NCBI GenBank assembly: GCA_963771465.1
Contig: CAVYTU010000017.1
Location: forward strand, 928,001-992,000
Source of the DNA: an uncultured delta proteobacterium
GTDB lineage: Bacteria; Desulfobacterota; Binatia; UBA9968
Direction of reading: 5' to 3'
DNA length: 64,000 bases
Numbering within the stretch: the stretch's first letter is position 1; the number at the start of each line of letters is the position of its first letter. The position numbers and the translations under genes were made by a program. Shown here piece by piece: positions 1-9,383 of this stretch. The notes under the pieces were generated by a model, which was given only the letters and a program-made list of their open reading frames with translations, ran no database searches and was not told where the DNA came from.

Positions 1-17
1 AAAAAATAGAAATTGGA

Positions 18-443
18 TTGCGCGATGGCACCCTGGTGCGCCATAAGAAGAAGGGCTATGAGGGAAAGATCGAGGGTACGACCACGATCAAAACCTGCTT
101 CACGAGAAATGGCGCCTTGCTGGAGCCGCCGTCGACCAAGGAGAGTTTTCAATACCGCGTCGTTGTAGTCGGACAGACGATGCGCTACATCGCACCCCTT
201 GACGACTTGGAAATTCTTGACACTGCGGCAGAAATTATTTGTAGCCGTTGTCACAAGACGTTTGGCACGACGCCCGGCCTCATGGGCAAGGCCAGCGGGC
301 GCTGCGCCTGCGGCGGGGCGATTTGTCCGGTCTGTTTGGCATGCCAATCGGAAGCTGCGGCGGAGGACAAAGCGACTTCCTGCGCTGATCAGCGCAAGCG
401 GTTCCTGAAAAAGCTCGCCGCCGACAAAAAAAAGGTTGCCTGA
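18..443 (+). CDS. Hypothetical protein with C-terminal Cys-rich (Zn-finger-like) region
   Basis: 141-aa ORF with CSRC, CACG and CPVC motifs; TTG start uncertain at the window edge. Confidence 0.55.
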   Translation: MRDGTLVRHKKKGYEGKIEGTTTIKTCFTRNGALLEPPSTKESFQYRVVVVGQTMRYIAPLDDLEILDTAAEIICSRCHKTFGTTPGLMGKASGRCACGGAICPVCLACQSEAAAEDKATSCADQRKRFLKKLAADKKKVA

Positions 444-501
444 TACGATCGTCGAGGAGTGAAGATCGAGTTCTGTTATCCGCGAACGCCAGCGTCGAAC
501 C

Positions 502-873
502 TCACGCATTCCCAGCCAGCGCTTTTCGATGACGTGCTGCTGCCATGTGGCCCAGTCCGATGGTAAGAATGCCTAAGGTCAAGTGAAGGGATTGCACAAC
601 CCAGTGAAACTCGCCGGCCATGAGCCCGGCGTGAAGCAGGCCGAAAATGATCGTAACCGCGCCGACGATGATTGCGCCGGCAGCGATTAACCAACTCCCA
701 CCGTTAACAGCCTGCGCAATGGCGATTACCCAGAGCGTGCCAACGGTTAAAAATCCGAGCGCCATATGCATCGTCATGAGAGCCACGGCCATACCCGCCC
801 AGTAGAGCAAACCGAGAATGAGTGCGAGGGCTCCGGAGAGAGTCAATATCGCGCTGGCATAGCGAACTAACAT
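502..873 (-). CDS. Hypothetical integral membrane protein (~4 TM)
   Basis: Hydrophobic ORF starting MLVRYASAIL; His residues in TM segments (TMHMALG, SLHLTLG). Confidence 0.6.
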   Translation of the reverse strand: MLVRYASAILTLSGALALILGLLYWAGMAVALMTMHMALGFLTVGTLWVIAIAQAVNGGSWLIAAGAIIVGAVTIIFGLLHAGLMAGEFHWVVQSLHLTLGILTIGLGHMAAARHRKALAGNA

Positions 874-895
874 GTCGGTGCAGGCTGATAGCGAG

Positions 896-1159
896 CTAGG
901 CGCCCATACGGGCATATTCGCAACGAGGACAGGGAGCGCCGACGAGTACCGGCCAGCCGCAGTCGCTGCAGTTGGTTACCGGTTCGCCTAACAGGCCGCG
1001 GACCAGTGAGCCGCAGCGTCTGCCGCCGCAGGGGCCGGTACCGACACCAGTGCGTTTGCTTACTTGCTCAAAGGTTTTGGCGCCCCCTTGGATCGCCTTG
1101 ATGACGGTACCTTTGCGGATTTTATTGCAGATGCAAGCGGGCTTGAGGTTTTCAATCAC
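896..1159 (-). CDS. BFD-like [2Fe-2S]-binding protein with C-terminal CxxC..CxxC
   Basis: CICNKI...TGVGTGPCGGRRC pattern of the Fer2_BFD family, plus CSDC/CPRC. Confidence 0.7.
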   Translation of the reverse strand: MIENLKPACICNKIRKGTVIKAIQGGAKTFEQVSKRTGVGTGPCGGRRCGSLVRGLLGEPVTNCSDCGWPVLVGAPCPRCEYARMGA

Positions 1160-1259
1160 CGCCTGGGTCTTGGCGTCTTGTTCCGATGGGTCGATGGCGT
1201 GTTACCTGGCTTTCCCTGCGACTTCTAAATCACTGTAGCACAAATATCCCCAATACGAA

Positions 1260-2249
1260 TTACCGCGTGCCGATGACCAAAGACGAAGTGAGCGGCGGCG
1301 CTAAATCAATCTGCTGTACTTGGTTTAGCCCGGCGTGGTTCATCCACGCGGCAATCTCGCTAAAACTATAGCAGCGGCCGCCGTCGGTGGTGAGTAGCAT
1401 TAACAAACTGAAGATGGCGCCGACCGGTGGATTAGCGCGGCTCTCGTCTAGAATATGGTCCTTGATGATTAGCTGGCCGCCTGGATTGAGATTCGCCGCG
1501 AGTTTCTCAATCAGCGCTTGGTTCTTCAGCGAATTTTCACCGTGGATAATATTGGAAAGAAAGGCTACGTCATACCGTCCCGGGATCGGATCGCTGCGGT
1601 AATCGCCGGCGACGAGGCCGATGCGGCCGGTCATGCCGGCATCGCGCACGAAGCGCTCGGTGATACTCAGCGTCGCCGGTAGATCGAAAATAGTCGCCTT
1701 GAGGCTGGCGAATCGTTGGCACAGCGCGATCGGGTAGCTTGCCGGGCCGGAACCGATGTCCAGCATGGTATTCACGCCGTTCCAATCTATGACCGTGGCC
1801 AGTACGTCGGCGTCGCCACGCGCTTTGACCAGCGAATCCATGGCGTTGATGAAGGTCGCGGTTTCCGCTGGGTCGTCCTGATACATATTCGGCGGACGCA
1901 CGGCCTTGCCCGTGCGCAGCGCGTCCGGCAGCTTTTCCCAGCAGGACCATAGCGAAGCATCGAACTGAATCATGCCGCCGACGAAATGCGGCGAACTGCG
2001 CAGGAGATACAGCTTTGATACTGCGGCAAGCGAAAAGTGCTGCGCTTGTTTCTGCAGCAGATTGAGTGCCGTCAACGCGTTGAGCAGCAACTCGGTGGCT
2101 TGCGCCTCTAACTTGAGCTGCCGTGCGAGAACGTCGGCGGGCTTGGGTTCAGCGCCCAACGCGTCGAAGATTCCTAGTTCGGCCGCGCTCTGCACGATGC
2201 GTGCTTCGACATGGCCGCCGGCCAAGCTCATCAATTGAGAAAAGTTCAT
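1260..2249 (-). CDS. SAM-dependent O-methyltransferase (dimerisation domain + Methyltransf_2)
   Basis: AAELGIFDAL N-terminal dimerisation motif, LDIGSGP motif I, FDLP, GDY, LSNIIH. Confidence 0.88.
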   Translation of the reverse strand: MNFSQLMSLAGGHVEARIVQSAAELGIFDALGAEPKPADVLARQLKLEAQATELLLNALTALNLLQKQAQHFSLAAVSKLYLLRSSPHFVGGMIQFDASLWSCWEKLPDALRTGKAVRPPNMYQDDPAETATFINAMDSLVKARGDADVLATVIDWNGVNTMLDIGSGPASYPIALCQRFASLKATIFDLPATLSITERFVRDAGMTGRIGLVAGDYRSDPIPGRYDVAFLSNIIHGENSLKNQALIEKLAANLNPGGQLIIKDHILDESRANPPVGAIFSLLMLLTTDGGRCYSFSEIAAWMNHAGLNQVQQIDLAPPLTSSLVIGTR

Positions 2250-2288
2250 TTCGCAAATAACTAACCCGGTTTATTCGCAGCCGGACGG

Positions 2289-2461
2289 GATCGGGGTGCA
2301 ACCCTTCCGGAGCGAAGGCAAAGCAGCTGTGCCTCGAAGCGGCAACCGGGCGAGTTAGCTCCGAGATCACCATTGAGAAGGTCAAGCTTCGTGCCGAGCG
2401 CCGAGCATAGGATGAAATATTCGCGCCGCTGCCTTCGCTCCTCTAGGGTCGCACCTCGATC
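2289..2461 (-). ncRNA. ssrS: 6S RNA-like long-hairpin RNA
   Basis: Ends pair over ~35 nt (GATCGAGGTGCGACCCT/AGGGTTGCACCCCGATC; GGAGCGAAGGCA/TGCCTTCGCTCC). Unpaired GCGAATATTTCATCCTA resembles the 6S central bubble. ~173 nt, promoter directly upstream. Confidence 0.6.
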
Positions 2462-2466
2462 GACAC

Positions 2467-2495
2467 AGTGTAGTGAATTTTCCTCGTAGTGTGAA
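2467..2495 (-). promoter_or_regulatory. sigma70-type promoter for the hairpin RNA
   Basis: TTCACA-N17-TACACT ending 5 nt before the first paired base of the RNA. Confidence 0.6.
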
Positions 2496-2504
2496 TAATC
2501 CGGG

Positions 2505-3950
2505 CTAGAGCTTTTCGATAATCCGATAGCTCCGGCTCTTCGGTTTGAGCGGCGCGACGATATTGTTTTTGACCATGAGGCGAATGTCACGATAGGCGAT
2601 GTCGCGGTCGACCTCGGCGATGCGCTCGTACTCGGTCGTGGAAAATGTCTTGCCGTGGCAATAGGCGTAAGCGAGCAAGCGGCGCTGGCGCATGTTGATT
2701 TGCCCAGTGTTGAACTGGTTCAGCCAGCGTAAGGTTCCTTCGTCGTAAACCGGCGCGTTGCGCAACGTTACGGTGAAAATAAAACCTTCGATGGATAATT
2801 CCGGCGGATGGAGACCATAGGTTTCCATCTCTTGAAACATGCGCGGCACGCCTTCGCCCATCTCACGCAGATAACCCAAGTCGGCCAGCGTGCGAACGAT
2901 CAACGGATTGCGCGAGAAGTGAAGGCTCTTCTGCTGGCGTAATTGTTCCAGCGTCACTGGCGCCGGCGGCGGGCCGGGGCTCCGGACCATGATGTGATCG
3001 TCGAACATCCAGACTTCGATCGACGCGCCGGTGAGGGAATAGTCGCGGTGCGCCACGGCGTTGACCAAAGCCTCCTGCCAGGCGAAGGTCGGATACTCCA
3101 GCCGTTCGCGAAAAAATAGATCGTGCAGAATCGTCCGCTCACGCATATGTTCCTTGATCCGGCCGACGGCTTCGTCGATGAGCCGCACCAATGGCGCTTC
3201 GAAGCGAATGCGTTTGATGACGTTGAGCGAAGCGCCGTGTTGGCGCTCGGCACCTTCGTATTTTACGAAATCGATGCCGCCGCGCGGGTGCCAGCGGGTC
3301 GGATCTTTGGCGAAAAGCAACAACGCCGCGGTGTTAGGGGTGGGAATCGCCCGGGAGTTATCGAGCAAGTGATATGTCTGACTCAGGAGCACTTGTGGAT
3401 CTGCGCCCGGCGATACTTTATCGACGAACGACTTGATCAGCTCGGCGTCCAGATCGAACCATGTCGCATTGAGCGCCTGCTGGCGTTCGTAGTAAACGTT
3501 TTTCTTGGCTTGCTTGAGTGCTTGGATTTGTTCCGCCGGCAACGCCACGGTCTCCGCTGCGACTCGATAAAACGATCGGCCGCCGGCGACGCGATAAATT
3601 TCCAGCGCCGAACCGACTTCGAATTTGAGCAGCTGCAAATTACCGAGGCGGACTTTTTCGCACGACGGTGCCAGTTGCGGCCTGAGTAAATTCTGCGGCG
3701 CTTGTATCAATGTGTGCAGCTCGTCGTGATCGTAGGGAATGCCGGTAACGCTTTTATCCGAATCGACGCCAACGAGTAAAGTCCCGCCGTCAGCGTTGGC
3801 CATGCCGGAAAGCAGCCGCGCGATATCACGTGCCAGTTCCTCTTCGCGCTTTTTCTGGCCGGCGCCGCGGCGATATTCGAAGGCGCTCAAGAAGGCAAGG
3901 AACTGACCTTGTTCCTGTTTGAGCAGCAGTCCAATTTCATCCGCTTGCAT
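2505..3950 (-). CDS. AlbA_2 (Schlafen-like) + HATPase_c_4 (RecG C-terminal-like) + wHTH protein
   Basis: GMANADGGTLLVGVD, EALVNAVAHRDY, SRNPLI, EMGEGVPRM motifs. Confidence 0.85.
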   Translation of the reverse strand: MQADEIGLLLKQEQGQFLAFLSAFEYRRGAGQKKREEELARDIARLLSGMANADGGTLLVGVDSDKSVTGIPYDHDELHTLIQAPQNLLRPQLAPSCEKVRLGNLQLLKFEVGSALEIYRVAGGRSFYRVAAETVALPAEQIQALKQAKKNVYYERQQALNATWFDLDAELIKSFVDKVSPGADPQVLLSQTYHLLDNSRAIPTPNTAALLLFAKDPTRWHPRGGIDFVKYEGAERQHGASLNVIKRIRFEAPLVRLIDEAVGRIKEHMRERTILHDLFFRERLEYPTFAWQEALVNAVAHRDYSLTGASIEVWMFDDHIMVRSPGPPPAPVTLEQLRQQKSLHFSRNPLIVRTLADLGYLREMGEGVPRMFQEMETYGLHPPELSIEGFIFTVTLRNAPVYDEGTLRWLNQFNTGQINMRQRRLLAYAYCHGKTFSTTEYERIAEVDRDIAYRDIRLMVKNNIVAPLKPKSRSYRIIEKL

Positions 3951-3963
3951 GGCTTTAACCCGG

Positions 3964-4026
3964 TTAGAAGTCAGGAGTTAGAGGTGAGGAGTCAGAAGCG
4001 GGGTCTCCCTACTTTTCACTCTTCAC
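3964..4026. repeat. Heptamer tandem repeats with a partly complementary partner
   Basis: ttagaag tcaggag ttagagg tgaggag tcagaag followed by ctcccta cttttca ctcttca. Confidence 0.55.
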
Positions 4027-5176
4027 CGAGATTTTCCCGCTATTCAGTTTGACGATCTCCAAAACCATCTGCGCCGAAAGATAGAAATCTTTAAGATCGA
4101 GCCATTCGTTGACCGTATGAATTTCGCGCATGCCGGTGCCGAGATTGGCGACGACGAGCCCTTTTTGATTGAGCACGTTGGCGTCGCATCCGCCGCCAGT
4201 GGCGCCGGTTTTCACATCAAGATTCAAGTTTCGTGCCGCGGCGTGGACCAGTTGTACGATCGGCGCGCTCTCGGGCACGTCCATGCGGTCGTAGTCGCGC
4301 TCGATCTTGGCTTCGACTCTAGCTTGATGATGCTTGCCGTCCAAGTCGAGCGAGTGACGCGCCGCGGCTTGTTCGAGGCAGCGTTGCATATGCTCGGTTT
4401 GCGCTGCCAGCTTTTCACTGCTGTGGCTGCGCGCTTTACCTTTAATAACGACTAGGTTGGGGACAATATTGACCGCAATACCGCCGTCGACGACACCGAT
4501 GTTGGCGGTGGTTTCATGATCGATGCGGCCCAACTGCATCTGCGCGATACCTTCGGCTGCGACTTTGATCGCGTTGATGCCTTTTTCCGGACAGATGCCG
4601 GCGTGGGCTTCGAGACCGTGCACGCGAAATTCCATACGGTTGGACGCCGGTGCTTTGGTGAAAAGAAAGCCCACCGAATCGCTGTCGAGCACGAGGCCCA
4701 TGCGTGCGCTGAGCCGATTCACGTCGAGCCATTTGGCGCCGATCAAGCCGGCCTCTTCACAGATCGTAAAGACCACATCGATGGGGCAGCAGGGTAGGCC
4801 GTTCTCCTTGATCACGCGCAGTACTTCGCAGATGATCGCCACACCGCTCTTGTCGTCGCCGCCGAGGACTGTCTTGCCGTTGGTGCGCAGGATGTCACCG
4901 TCGAGGATCGGCACGATGCCTTCGCCGGGCACCACGGTATCCATGTGCGCGGATAACAGCAGGGGTTGGCTTTTTGGCGCGTTGCCGGGAAATTTGGCGA
5001 TCAGATTGCCGACATTACCGCCGACCTTTTCGCCGGCGTCGTCGATCGATACCGCGGCGCCGAGCTCTTCCAACTCACGCTTGAGGCGAAGCGCGACGTT
5101 CAATTCCTGGCGCGACAGGCTGTCGATTTTAATCAACTCGATGAGGAAATGTTTTAATTCGTTCGTGATTGATCAA
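4009..5176 (-). CDS. M20/M25/M40 peptidase T-like metallohydrolase; +1 frameshift near the N-terminus
   Basis: SAHMDTV, GGDDKSG, CEEAGL, GGGCDAN, IHTVNE. Upstream TTG-start frame MINHERIKTF is 1 nt out of register with LIELIKIDS. Confidence 0.85.
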
Positions 5177-5751
5177 CGCGCTGTCCTCGCTCTCTCGGCG
5201 CGGGGATTTGTCGGCTCAAGCCTGGGTCAATCTGCCACAGTTTCACGCCAAATTCCAAGACTACTTTTACCTCGTTACTCATAGACTAGTAGCGAAGGTC
5301 CCATTTGAGCTTTTGACAGAGAGATTTCTTTATGAATGAACCCAATCGCATCGCGATCGAGCTGAGCCCAAAGGATTGAATCAAAACGAGCAGGGCACTT
5401 TAGAAAGCAAGACTAGGCCTCCGTGTCGCAAGAGGCGAGCACGGCCGCTAGGTCGAGTGGAATACCAACTCGATCTCGATTGGAAATTTGGCAGGTGGAC
5501 CAGCAGCACCGAAGCCAAAGGAACCGATCTGATTTGGGATGAGCGACTTTGAGGAGGGCGCCAACTAACAAATCTTTGACGGTAATCAGGCATTGCAGAT
5601 ATCTTCTCTTCAGATGAATCTTCATTCAGCTGACGTTAGTAATTAGGTCACAAGAGACACGGGTCCGAATGCCTCCGTCAATCTGAAAGCACCTTCCTTC
5701 AATTCTACAGGCACTAGTTGGCTCCGCTTAAGCCCGAAGGCGAACGAGAAT

Positions 5752-6552
5752 TTGTCCCAGAAAATGGGAATATTGAGGTCAGCTATCTCAATTATCCCAG
5801 TCTCTGCATTGGCGTCAATACCAGAGGAATTACGCCAACCACTCCTTAACTCATTTAGCAATATAATTCGAAATTTCCGCGAAAGGCGCTGGGAACCGTC
5901 TGAGCTAAACGGAGGAAAGTTTTGTGAGGTTGTCTATACCATCTTGCGGGGTTACGTAGACGGCAAGATGGCATCTAAACCAACCAAACCCAAGAATATG
6001 TTTGACGCTTGTAAGAATCTGGAGGCCGCCGACCAAGCACGCTTTCCGCGGTCTGTGCGAGTTCACATTCCCCGCGTCCTAGTTTCCCTGTATGAAATTC
6101 GTAACAACAGGGGAGTTGGACATGTTGGTGGAGATGTTAATCCCAACCACATGGACGCAACTCTCGTGATGGAGTCGGCAAAATGGATATTAGCAGAACT
6201 GATTCGCGTATTTCACGACATTAACACGCAGGAAGCTACCGAAATCGTTGATGCTCTAATCGATAGAACAATCCCTGTGATTTGGGAAGTCGGCGAGGTG
6301 CGTCGGGTGCTCAAGACAGGATTGCCGATGAAATTGCAAACACTCCTTTTGCTTTATTCGATCCCTGGAAGCGTACCTGAAAGGGATCTTTTCAAATGGG
6401 TTGAGCATTCTAACCTTACTGTCTATCGCCGCGATGTCTTACAACCCGCACATCGGGAACGACTATTGGAATTCAATCAGCTCTCAAGCCATGTTCAGAT
6501 TTCACCTACCGGAATTGCGTACGTGGAAGAAAACGTGTCGCTTATTGCCTAA
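5752..6552 (+). CDS. Hypothetical protein with HEPN-like R..H motif; lower GC than flanks
   Basis: YEIRNNRGVGHVGG motif in a helical N-terminal part; AT-richer codon usage; start uncertain. Confidence 0.65.
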   Translation: MSQKMGILRSAISIIPVSALASIPEELRQPLLNSFSNIIRNFRERRWEPSELNGGKFCEVVYTILRGYVDGKMASKPTKPKNMFDACKNLEAADQARFPRSVRVHIPRVLVSLYEIRNNRGVGHVGGDVNPNHMDATLVMESAKWILAELIRVFHDINTQEATEIVDALIDRTIPVIWEVGEVRRVLKTGLPMKLQTLLLLYSIPGSVPERDLFKWVEHSNLTVYRRDVLQPAHRERLLEFNQLSSHVQISPTGIAYVEENVSLIA

Positions 6553-6858
6553 GTTTACGCTTGGACAATGACGTTACCTAAACAATACAATTCGCCAGCG
6601 TTGGGGGCAAAATCTAATCGTTCAACAGAAATAGCCCTTTACAGAAGTCGCACTCAATTGCTTAGACTGGAGGAGGTTTGACGCCGAGCTTTGATAGTTT
6701 GATTCTGGCATTATGGCTGCTACGCGGCGTTGCAGTCGTTGGCTTTAGGACATCAACATTCTTGAGGCGGCAGTTTGAATCGATGAAATATGTTCTCGTT
6801 AGGCAGCTTTTTGATTCTTTACTGACAAGCGCGTCAAGGTTGCGGATGCTGACGTTGT

Positions 6859-6958
6859 TCAGCCGCCGTTCTCGATCAGCTTGGTGAGGTTGGTGAATTC
6901 CAATTCGGTAAATAGCGTGCGAACCTTCTCGATATCAAAGCCGGTGAATTGAAGCTCG
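6859..6958 (-). pseudogene. Orphan 3' end of a 5'-3' exonuclease gene (diverged duplicate of 8474-8546)
   Basis: Translates [32 protein letters not shown]; 6886-6958 matches 8474-8546 at 66/73 nt. Confidence 0.8.
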
Positions 6959-7081
6959 CGCAGCCTTTGGCGAAATGCATCGTGCCGGGCTGAAAAGAAA
7001 CGCACCTGCGTTTGACGGCTGGCGGGCTCGGCGATATAGGTCCGGGCAGAAAATAAGGTGGTTTGAATTGTCTATACCTAT

Positions 7082-7984
7082 ATGGCGACTCTGAAAGACC
7101 AAGACGCGATGAAACCTGTACGGCCGCCAAACCCAAACACCAGAGCGCCGAAGCTCAAGGCGCCGCCGGGAGCGTGCGATACCCATCTCCATATCTACGG
7201 ACCTTTTGATCGCTACCCGCTTTCTCCCGCCCGCCATTATACGCCGGCGGAACACTCGACTCTCGAGGATTATCTCAGAGTGCATCGCACGCTGGGTCTG
7301 GAGCGCGCCGTCATTGTGACCGGAAGCGGCAACGGCACAAACAACCGGGTAACGGCGGATGCGATCGCGCACATGAAAGGGCAATTTAAAGGCCTCGCGC
7401 TGCTTGATCCGGCGATCACTGACGTAGAGCTAGCGCAGTTGAAGGAAAGCGGTTTTACTGGCTTTCGCATGAAAGCCAACGGCAAGGATGCGCTTTCGAT
7501 CGAAACCGCGCAAAAGATAGCGCCGCGGGTCGCCGGGTTCGGCTGGCACGTCGAGTTTCAAGCGACATCGCTGGCTGAAGCGCTTAGCGTCGCGCCAGCG
7601 CTGAATAAACTCGGTATGCCTTACCTCTTCGATCACCTGGCGCGGTCGGGACCGGATAAAAGAATCAACGATCCCGAATTTCAAGAACTGCTCCGGGTTC
7701 TCCGATCCGAGGAGAACATCTGGATCAATCTTTACAGCTTTTATCAGCGTTCGGAGGAGGGGCCTCCCCATTATTCCGATATGGTGTCCGTGGCTCAGGC
7801 GCTTATCGACGCCAGGCGCGAGCGCGTCTTGTGGGGGACGAATTGGCCACACGGAGGTGTTCGGGTACCGATCCCCAACGACGCTGATCTTCTTGATTTT
7901 CTCCTCGTAGCGGTGCCGGACGAAAGTATCCGCAAGTTAATTCTTAGCGACAACCCGGCAATTTTGTATGGCTGGAGTGACTAG
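7082..7984 (+). CDS. Amidohydrolase_2 family (2-pyrone-4,6-dicarboxylate hydrolase-like)
   Basis: ACDTHLHIYGP, GLERAVIV, FDHLA, LWGTNWPH motifs. Confidence 0.85.
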   Translation: MATLKDQDAMKPVRPPNPNTRAPKLKAPPGACDTHLHIYGPFDRYPLSPARHYTPAEHSTLEDYLRVHRTLGLERAVIVTGSGNGTNNRVTADAIAHMKGQFKGLALLDPAITDVELAQLKESGFTGFRMKANGKDALSIETAQKIAPRVAGFGWHVEFQATSLAEALSVAPALNKLGMPYLFDHLARSGPDKRINDPEFQELLRVLRSEENIWINLYSFYQRSEEGPPHYSDMVSVAQALIDARRERVLWGTNWPHGGVRVPIPNDADLLDFLLVAVPDESIRKLILSDNPAILYGWSD

Positions 7985-8191
7985 GTTTACCGCGATACAG
8001 GCGGGTAATAAGTATTCGTCCATCAATTATTAATTTTGCCTTTTCTACTTGCTGCTAGTCCGCGATCTCGCCTCGGTGTGTCAGGGATAAGTCTAATGTT
8101 TCCAGAGCGCGGCGCGTGTTGATGGCCAGGATGCGCACCGCACTTGGCGCCTTGTAAGGTCGCATACGATCAAACGGCAGGTAACGGCGAG

Positions 8192-9330
8192 CTACTCTTT
8201 GGAGACTGTCGAATTAATTTCGTCCACGCGCCGCAGCGCTTCCTCCTCCGTCATCGCATCCACCTCGCACAGCATCTGCGCCAGCTCGGCATCGCTTGCC
8301 CGCTTCGCTTGATTGTGTGTGATGACGGCCGCCATCTCAGCGACCGTGGGCGCTTGGAACAAAGATTGAAGTGGCAGTTCTAGTTGGAAATGCTTAATGA
8401 CCCGAGAGACCACCCGCATGGCTGCGAGTGAATGCCCGCCGAGCTCGAAGAAATTGTCGTCGATGCCTACTTGGAGGTTGGTAAATTCCAGTTCAGTAAA
8501 TAGCGTGCGAACCTTCTCGATATTAAAACCCGTGAATTGAAGTTCGGGCAAACCGACGTCGATGGCCACGTCCCGTTTAACCGTGGCCAGATCACGGCTC
8601 AAAAAAGCTTTGTCTTTGTCGGCCTCAAGGATCTGCCGGATACGCGCCGCGCCGCGCAGTTGCATCTGTTCCATGTCGTCTAGATGGGCGAAGAGATTTT
8701 CCAATGTCTGAAATTGTTGGATTAACGCAATTGCGGTTTTTTCGCCGATTCCTTTTACGCCCGGAATGTTATCCACCGCGTCACCCATTAAGCCCATCAC
8801 TTCGATGACCTGCTCAGGCGCGACGCCGAACTTATGTCTGACTTCGTCTTTGCCGATCCAGAGATCTTTGGCGCTGTCTAACAGTTTCACGCCGTTGGTC
8901 ACCAACTGCATCAAGTCCTTGTCGCTGGACACGACAACCAAATCACAACCTTGGCCGCAGAGTCGCTCGCAAAGTGTAGCGATAATATCGTCGGCCTCAT
9001 AACCCGGGAGTTCGAGCAAAGGCAAGTTGAACGCGTCGAGCACTTTGCGGAAGTAGGGGAACTGCGGGATCAGGTCGGAGGCGCTTCGGGCCGGTTGCCT
9101 TTGTATTCGGCTAGCATCTCGTTACGAAAAGTTTTGCGTCCGGCATCGAGGGCCACAGCGATGTATTCAGGCTTATACTGCTTGAGTAACTTCAGCAGGA
9201 TGTTGGTGAAACCAAAAATCGCGTTGGTCGGCAGGCCCGCGGAGTTTGTCATCGGCGGGATGGCAAAGAAGGCGCGAAAAATATACGAGCTGCCGTCGAT
9301 TAAAAATAAGCGCGCGGGTTGATCGCTCAT
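8192..9330 (-). CDS. 5'-3' exonuclease (PolA N-terminal/FEN domain) fused to an NRPS carrier (PCP) domain; frameshift at ~9075
   Basis: [51 protein letters not shown], then [17 protein letters not shown] (phosphopantetheine Ser motif). One base is missing in APPT*/DLIPQFP. Confidence 0.8.
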
Positions 9331-9383
9331 TGGGGTTTGCGCGGACAGGTATTTAATCAATTGGAGCGGGCCAAGAAGCCTCG

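Noticed and set aside
2289-2461. SRP RNA, tmRNA or riboswitch identity for the hairpin RNA
   Set aside because: No SRP helix-8 motif (CAGG..GNRA..AGCAG) in the right arrangement, no tRNA-like ends, too short for tmRNA, and no recognisable aptamer.
4523-5284. Long antisense ORFs (e.g. 4523-5284, 35844-36602, 62719-63360)
   Set aside because: Shadow frames of well-supported GC-rich genes, with no motifs.
6886-8546. 73-bp imperfect repeat as a DGR template/variable repeat pair
   Set aside because: Mismatches are not adenine-specific, are mostly synonymous, and there is no reverse transcriptase in the window.
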